Source: Candidatus Nanopusillus acidilobi
GTDB taxonomy: Archaea; Nanobdellota; Nanobdellia; Nanobdellales; Nanobdellaceae
DNA: 32,000 bases
Assembly (NCBI GenBank): GCA_001552015.1
Contig: CP010514.1
Coordinates: 420,001 to 452,000 of the forward strand
Direction of reading: 5' to 3'
The translations under genes were made by a program, and so were the position numbers. The notes below the pieces were generated by a model. It saw only the letters and a list, made by a program, of their open reading frames with translations. It was not told where the DNA came from and searched no databases. The stretch's first letter is position 1, and each line of letters opens with the position of its first letter. Below, one piece after another: positions 26,521 to 32,000 of this stretch.

Positions 26521-26796
26521 ATTTATGATTTTATCAATTTTCCTTAAAAGTTTTTCTATTTCTTTTCTATTATATAAAGTTTATTCTACATAAAATAAAT
26601 TTTGTCAGATACTTTTTGCTATTCTAGACATTTAAACATAACAAAAATAAAAGAAAGGATTAAATATACTTTATCTTTTTCTAATCTATTATAAGCCAAC
26701 TTAAAAATAACAGTTCTTCCAATAGAATATAGAAAAATTTTATATAACGATTAATGAATAAATAATAACCTGAGAGAAAATGGAATATTATATAAA

Positions 26797-28230
26797 TTAA
26801 TTTTTACTCATCTTTTCTAATTTTTTCATAAAATTAATAAGAATCCACTTATAATATGTACTTTCATGTGAAAAATAATTACACCAAGCCCCAATTTTTC
26901 CTATATTATCTTTAATACTGAATAATCTGTATGCAAGAACCTGTGATAAATAACTTGATTTATCAAATTTATTTATTTCTTCAATAGCATCTAATATTTT
27001 TTTAATTAATCTTCTTTTCTTTCCATATTTTTTAACTATATGGTCCAAAAGTTTTATCAGATAATCCAAAGTTAAACTTACTTTACTTATTATGTCTTTA
27101 TATATTTCTTCCAATATTTTAGAATCAGTTATAAGTTCATAAGGATCTCTTTTATCTAATTCTTTTTCTAAATATTCTAAATCTTTTTCAGAATTTATTA
27201 ATCTATATAATCTAAAAGAAACAAATTGAGGATAATATTTTAATATATTTGGATATTTCGTAAATAAATCTTTTCCCATTAAATTTATAACATTATATAA
27301 TCTATCATAATCTATAAAATTATACTTTTTGTTATTTGTATGAATTATTATATATCTAACAATTCTTCCTCCTTTATTTATTAACTGATTAAATATTTCT
27401 AATTTTATTTCTTGATTTATTTTATCATTAAAATATATATTTTCAAAGTATTTTGTTAGAATAAATAAGAGATCTTTTGCTTCTATTTTTTCAAAGTTTA
27501 CATTATCTATAAGATCAATAATTGAAGGATCTCTAGCAACTTGATTTAAAAACAATATTAAATCTTCTTCATTTTGTACCTTATAATATAAACCATTAGA
27601 AGAAAATATATTTAATAATTTTGAAAATTTTTCCTTTGGAATTTTATCTTTTAATTTTCTTATAAGATATGGTCTTTCGCTAAAACTTCCAATAACTTTT
27701 ATTATAAAATCTTTTGATGTTTTAATATCTATATCTTTATCAACAATTAAATTTAAACTCTCAGATAAAGCTTCATATATAAAAATTTTTAGTTTATATT
27801 TCTCATTTATTAAATATTCTAATATTTCTAATAAAACATTTATTCTTTCATCGTCCAAATTTTCTATGTTTTTTCCAATAGTTTCTATTATAAATTTTGT
27901 AGATATTTGAAATATTTTTTCATATTTTATTAACATACTTATCAAATCTTCCAAAACTTTTCCACCAAATCTTTCTTTAATTAAATAAATATAAGTTATG
28001 AATTCTTTTGGAATATATAAAATAGTTTTTACTTTAATCAATTCTTGAAAATATTCAATTAACTTATCATTATTAATTACTTCTTCAACAGCTTTTTCGC
28101 CTTTTAATTTTATTAAATAATCTATATTTTCTTGAACAATTTCTTTCATTTTTTCTATATCTAAATTATCATAAATTTCTAGATATTCGATTTTTGCTAT
28201 TCTACCTAAAAATTCTTCATAATATTTCAT
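26797..28230 (-). CDS. hypothetical protein (477 aa, I/K/L/E-rich, predicted all-helical)
   Basis: A very long ORF in very AT-rich DNA (9/60 G+C at 27301-27360). It is flanked by 276-nt and 283-nt non-coding spacers. No motif recognised. Confidence 0.65.
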   Translation of the reverse strand: MKYYEEFLGRIAKIEYLEIYDNLDIEKMKEIVQENIDYLIKLKGEKAVEEVINNDKLIEYFQELIKVKTILYIPKEFITYIYLIKERFGGKVLEDLISMLIKYEKIFQISTKFIIETIGKNIENLDDERINVLLEILEYLINEKYKLKIFIYEALSESLNLIVDKDIDIKTSKDFIIKVIGSFSERPYLIRKLKDKIPKEKFSKLLNIFSSNGLYYKVQNEEDLILFLNQVARDPSIIDLIDNVNFEKIEAKDLLFILTKYFENIYFNDKINQEIKLEIFNQLINKGGRIVRYIIIHTNNKKYNFIDYDRLYNVINLMGKDLFTKYPNILKYYPQFVSFRLYRLINSEKDLEYLEKELDKRDPYELITDSKILEEIYKDIISKVSLTLDYLIKLLDHIVKKYGKKRRLIKKILDAIEEINKFDKSSYLSQVLAYRLFSIKDNIGKIGAWCNYFSHESTYYKWILINFMKKLEKMSKN

Positions 28231-28513
28231 AATACTAATATTTAATTTTTAAATTTTAATCTTTTTATTATGTATTCATCAAGAATTTAAAGACAGAGAA
28301 TTTACAACAAACAATAAATAATATTTTATATTTTATTTATCTTTAAATCAATATATTATAAGTATAAATGGTTTGCTTATTTATTCTATTATTGAATAGT
28401 TGAGATTGTTTTGCAAATGATATTCATTAAAATAAGGTAGAACTTAAGCTCTTCAATAGTTTACATTAATTTTTATGAAAATCTTTATAAATGTTTACAA
28501 TTAATAAACAATT

Positions 28514-28738
28514 ATGTCTACAGTCATTAGCGTCAGGATAAATGAAGAAATAAAAGAAGAATTGGAAAAGCATGGAATAGATATTAGTCAAGAAATAAGA
28601 AAATTTTTAGAAGAACTTTATATAAAGGTCAAGGCTAAAGAATATGTAAAGAAATGGGTTGAAGAATTAAAAGATATTAAACCTAGCGAAAAAGGTTTCT
28701 CTACAAAGTCAGTGAGAGAGGACCGTGAGAGTCATTGA
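28514..28738 (+). CDS. vapB: VapB-type antitoxin (ribbon-helix-helix-like)
   Basis: 74 aa. TVISVRINEEIKEELEKHGIDISQEIRKFLEEL fits a strand-helix-helix pattern. It overlaps the downstream PIN gene by 14 nt. Confidence 0.65.
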   Translation: MSTVISVRINEEIKEELEKHGIDISQEIRKFLEELYIKVKAKEYVKKWVEELKDIKPSEKGFSTKSVREDRESH

Positions 28739-29120
28739 TTCATCTTCCCTAGTAAAATTTTTCTCTAAAGAGGAAGGTTGGGAAAAAGTAGCTCAAATAA
28801 TAGAAGAAGGAGTTATAACTCTAGATCTATCAATAAAAGAAGTTGCTAATGCTTTATGGAAAAAGATTCTTATGGGAGAAATGAATGAGGACATCGCAAT
28901 TAAAATACTTTACGACTTATTAAAACGCGAAGCCATAATAATTGTAAACCAAGACGAATACCTGATTGAAGCATTTAAAATCGCTAATAGAAATAAAATA
29001 ACTATTTACGACTCCTTGTTCATTGCATTAGCTAAATCAATGAATCTTGAGTTAGTAACATCTGATATAAAACAATATGAAATTGCAAAAAATGAAGGAG
29101 TAAATGCTCAGTTGATATAA
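28725..29120 (+). CDS. vapC: PIN-domain ribonuclease toxin VapC
   Basis: 131 aa with a GTG start. Acidic residues occupy canonical PIN positions: VIDSS, KEVANAL, IYDSLFIALA and LVTSD. Confidence 0.85.
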   Translation: MRVIDSSSLVKFFSKEEGWEKVAQIIEEGVITLDLSIKEVANALWKKILMGEMNEDIAIKILYDLLKREAIIIVNQDEYLIEAFKIANRNKITIYDSLFIALAKSMNLELVTSDIKQYEIAKNEGVNAQLI

Positions 29121-29265
29121 GAAAACATCGGATACAACTAAAATTTTACTACATTAACTAAAATTCTAATGTTATTATATTAATAAAAATTTAGGCAAAT
29201 GAAAATAATGAAATGAGTTCTCTAATGTATTAAATGTATTCTATTAAAACTATGAAGAAGAATCA

Positions 29266-30908
29266 TTATCTAACAAGCACACGAGACCAAGGAGAAGGTA
29301 ATCCTTGCTTTTTACTATATGCAGCATTTAATAGTGCAACAAATAATGGGTGTGGGTGTAATGGCCTACTTCTAAACTCTGGATGGAATTGTGTAGCTAC
29401 AAAGAAATAATGGCTTGGTAACTCTATCATTTCTACTCTTGGAACATCAGATCTCCAAGCTGAGAAAACAAGGCCCTTTTCAGTTAGTATATTAAAGAAC
29501 TTAGGATTTACTTCATACCTATGTCTATGTCTTTCTACTATTTCAATTGTTCCATAGATTGCATGAGCTATTGTGCCTTCAACAATATTAATCTTCCTAT
29601 TACCAAGTATCATTGTACCACCAAGCTCCTTAATATCTTTCTCTTCTGGTGTTATATCAATTACTGGATATGGAGTGTTTGGGTCAACTTCTGTTGTATG
29701 AGCACCTTTAAGATTAGCAACATTTCTTGCAAACTCAACTATAGCTAATTGCATTCCATAGCATATTCCAAGAAATGGTATATTATTCTCGCGAACATAT
29801 CTAATAGCCTCTATTTTACCTTCAACACCTCTAGCTCCAAAACCTGGTAATACAATAACAGCATCAGCATTATCTAATTCCTTAATCTTTGAGGGATCCT
29901 TTTCAATCTCCTCTGTATCGCACCAAATAATATTTGGCTTAATCTTTAACTTGGCAGCAGCATGCTTTATGGCCTCAACAATACTTATATAAGAATCATG
30001 AAGTTTTACATACTTACCACACATGTATATATTAACTTCATCATTACTATTCTCAAGAGAGTTTACAAAATTTACCCAATCATCTAGTTTAGGCTCCCTA
30101 GGTTTCTAATCCCAATTTTGTTACTAAATATTTTCCAAGACCTTGTTCTTCTAAGATGAGTGGCACTTTATAGATTGTATCTACATCAGGTGATGTAAAT
30201 ACAGCATTAACTGGTACATTTGTAAATAAAGATATTTTCCTTCTTGTTGATTCATCAAGAATCTTTGGTGCCCTTGCAATTATTATATCAGGTTGAATAC
30301 CAACTCTTCTAAGCTCAGCAACACTATGCTGCAATGGTTTTGTTTTAAGTTCACCTGTTGTTGATAGCAAAGGAACTAAAGCAACATGAACAAACAATAC
30401 ATCATTGGGCATCTCGAGCTTCATTTGTCTTGCAGCTTCAAGGAATGGTAATCCTTCATAATCACCAACAGTACCTCCAATCTCAATTAAAATTATATCT
30501 GGTTTTTCGCGTTTTCGTTACCAACATTATTCTTCTCTTTATTTCTTCAGTAACATGAGGTATTAATTGAACTGTTTGACCTAAGTATTCTCCTTTACGC
30601 TCCCTTCGAATTACTTTATAATAAACATGACCACTAGTTATATTATGATATTTAGGAATCTCAACATCAAGAAATCTTTCATAATGTCCTAAATCTAAAT
30701 CTGTTTCACCGCCATCAAAAGTTACAAACACCTCACCATGCTGGAATGGGTTCATTGTACCAGCATCCACATTTAAATATGGATCTATTTTAACTGCTGT
30801 TACATTATAACCTCGAGCTTGAAGTATTTTGCCAATAGAAGATGTTGTTATACCCTTACCCAACCCAGACAACACACCTCCCGTAATAAATATATATTTG
30901 GTCCTCAT
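29266..30908 (-). pseudogene. pyrG: CTP synthase, split into three frames by two +1 disruptions
   Basis: Piece 1 (30908 down to about 30510) reads [20 protein letters not shown]...[36 protein letters not shown]...[11 protein letters not shown]. Piece 2 (frame open 30517-30098) reads [26 protein letters not shown]...TKPLQHSV. Piece 3 (frame open 30105-29266) reads EPKLDDW...YMCGKYVKLHDSYISIVEAIKH...GICYGMQ...HRHRYEVN...QFHPEF. The total of ~547 codons equals a normal CTP synthase. All catalytic blocks are intact. Confidence 0.9.
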
Positions 30909-31117
30909 TAAGATAGTATTTAATTAAGTTTAATAAGCCTTGACTACTAGATATTACAATACTTTTTTAACAGCACAAAGCTATTACTCGACAATTGTCA
31001 CTAACTCTTTATAAACCTCCCACAAATTTATGCCTTAAATCAATCCAAATCAAAACATTATTTTATAAATTTTGAGAAGTTAGATATTTTTAAAACTTAC
31101 TACTACCATATGGCAAT

Positions 31118-31531
31118 ATGGACAATAAATATTCATATAACATTTTAAAAAAGTTTTTAGATGGTATATTAATTAAAAGCAATGAAAATGAAATTAATAG
31201 AGAGCCTATTGAAAATATAATGTATATAATATCTACTATCATAAGAGATAGGACCTTAAATTGTATTGATCAGAATACAAACACAGGATCTTCAACAAAA
31301 GACTCCATAGAATACTGCATTGGTAAATATAATACAATAAGAAATATTACAAAATGTTATTTAAAGAGTGAATATAAATTAGAAGATTGCATCGATATAT
31401 ATACTCCTGAATTACCTAAAGGTATTGATCGAGATATCATTAAACATACAGTTATAAGCATATTAGATAAAACAAACAAAGTAATCAGAGAATATATGGC
31501 ATGGGAATATGAAGATTATTCTTTAGAATAA
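31118..31531 (+). CDS. hypothetical protein (137 aa, 5 Cys)
   Basis: ORF diverging from pyrG across a 209-nt spacer. No motif recognised. Confidence 0.5.
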   Translation: MDNKYSYNILKKFLDGILIKSNENEINREPIENIMYIISTIIRDRTLNCIDQNTNTGSSTKDSIEYCIGKYNTIRNITKCYLKSEYKLEDCIDIYTPELPKGIDRDIIKHTVISILDKTNKVIREYMAWEYEDYSLE

Positions 31532-31708
31532 TATCGATGTTAACTTTATATCTAAGGCCATATTTAATGTCGCATAACCAAGATTATCCGACATTTTTAT
31601 GCATATCATATGTAATGTCTAAAATTTGATATAATTGTATAATAAGTTAACCTTGGTTATACTATAAAATTTTTTATAGAAAAATATTTTCCTTATATAA
31701 TCGAAAAA

Positions 31709-32000
31709 CTAAAATCTTTTAACAATTTCTTCTAATTTTTCAAAGAAGAAATCAATTTCTTCTTTTGTATTATAAATATACAATGAAGCCCTAATAGATC
31801 CTTTATACTTATATAGATCCAAATGTCTAAATAATATGTAACAACAATGATATCCAGTTCTAACAGTAATATTATAAGAATCTAACATTTTTCCAATTAT
31901 ATGAGGATTTATTTTAAATAATAATGAAAATATTGCTTCTCTATCTTTATAATCTTTTAATCCCATTAATATTACATCTTTATATTTATTTGAAAATTCT
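31709..32000 (-). CDS. cysteine desulfurase / class V aminotransferase, C-terminal fragment (5' end outside window)
   Basis: The frame stays open to base 32000. VRTGYHCCYILFRHL...GSIRASLYIYNTKEEIDFFFEKL matches the SufS/NifS C-terminal blocks (vR.GhHCa.P / RaSl..YNT.eEid). Confidence 0.7.
   Translation of the reverse strand, partial: EFSNKYKDVILMGLKDYKDREAIFSLLFKINPHIIGKMLDSYNITVRTGYHCCYILFRHLDLYKYKGSIRASLYIYNTKEEIDFFFEKLEEIVKRF

Noticed and set aside
26751-26773. TTAATGA-N12-CTGA, resembling half of a C/D sRNA
   Set aside because: The box deviates from RUGAUGA at two positions, and there is no partner C/D' pair upstream. Such a match is easily produced by chance in AT-rich DNA.
29121-29265. 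Short direct repeats AACTAAAATT (twice) and AATGTATT (twice) in the vapC/pyrG spacer
   Set aside because: Repeats of 8-10 nt made almost entirely of A/T are expected by chance at this composition. They have no flanking structure or partner elsewhere in the window.
30483-30530. Idea that pyrG break 1 is a +1 hop at the zero-frame TGA stop (AAT-TGA-G), analogous to break 2 and rnz, where a stop follows closely
   Set aside because: Homology to CTP synthase ([10 protein letters not shown]) already lies in the +1 frame about 18 nt before that stop. The zero-frame text there (TRYNFN) is non-homologous. The switch must therefore occur earlier, at about 30502-30517.
31537-31629. 30-codon ORF (MLTLYLRPYLMSHNQDYPTFLCISYVMSKI) in the spacer before the cysteine desulfurase gene
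   Set aside because: It is too short, has no recognisable motif or upstream promoter spacing, and overlaps the inverted-repeat arms. It is more likely non-coding.

Overview
Extremely AT-rich archaeal chromosome segment. Hand counts on sample 60-nt lines give 5/60 to 9/60 G+C in some genes. Genes are tightly packed, with many 1-15 nt overlaps including TAATG stop/start junctions. Three very GC-rich, intron-less tRNA genes are present (Val-UAC, Gly-GCC, Ser-GCU). Archaeal markers include ribosomal protein S3Ae, RNA polymerase subunit D, a short archaeal TIM, PGI/PMI and a PDO-type disulfide oxidoreductase. Together with the GC-rich tRNA stems, these suggest a thermophilic, reduced-genome archaeon. 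A DPANN/Nanoarchaeota-like origin is my inference only.

Bases 1-23,190 are mostly housekeeping:
- methyltransferase fragment, DUF763 protein
- a redox cluster (PDO, thioredoxin reductase, DUF59)
- tRNA-Val, rpoD, valS, tpiA
- SERCA-like P-type ATPase, processive-type GT2, RNase Z
- two coiled-coil proteins flanking tRNA-Gly
- leuS, S3Ae
- an operon of an RlmI-like methyltransferase, a membrane-anchored Lon-like S16 protein and an unknown 300-aa ORF, downstream of tRNA-Ser
- a ThiS/MoaD-like Ubl ending in GG, PGI/PMI

Bases 23,190-31,660 look accessory:
- isochorismatase-like and GNAT proteins, an ABC-2 exporter pair
- a 477-aa orphan, VapBC
- a CTP synthase gene broken into three pieces, a 137-aa orphan
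- the 3' end of a cysteine desulfurase gene follows at the right edge

Main hunt results:
1. An unannotated, textbook C/D-box sRNA lies antisense to the 3' end of the ATPase gene.
2. Four single-nucleotide +1 frame disruptions occur in valS, rnz and pyrG (two in pyrG). Three sit at an AAA-purine site.
3. Most right-hand genes have richer G/C codon usage, suggesting foreign origin.
4. One FG/Q/N-rich repeat protein plus coiled coil is arranged as mRNA-tRNA-mRNA with tRNA-Gly.
5. Two heavily N-glycosylation-sequon-loaded surface proteins are present, one with a Lon-like Ser-Lys dyad.

No CRISPR array, rRNA, transposase or integrase was seen.
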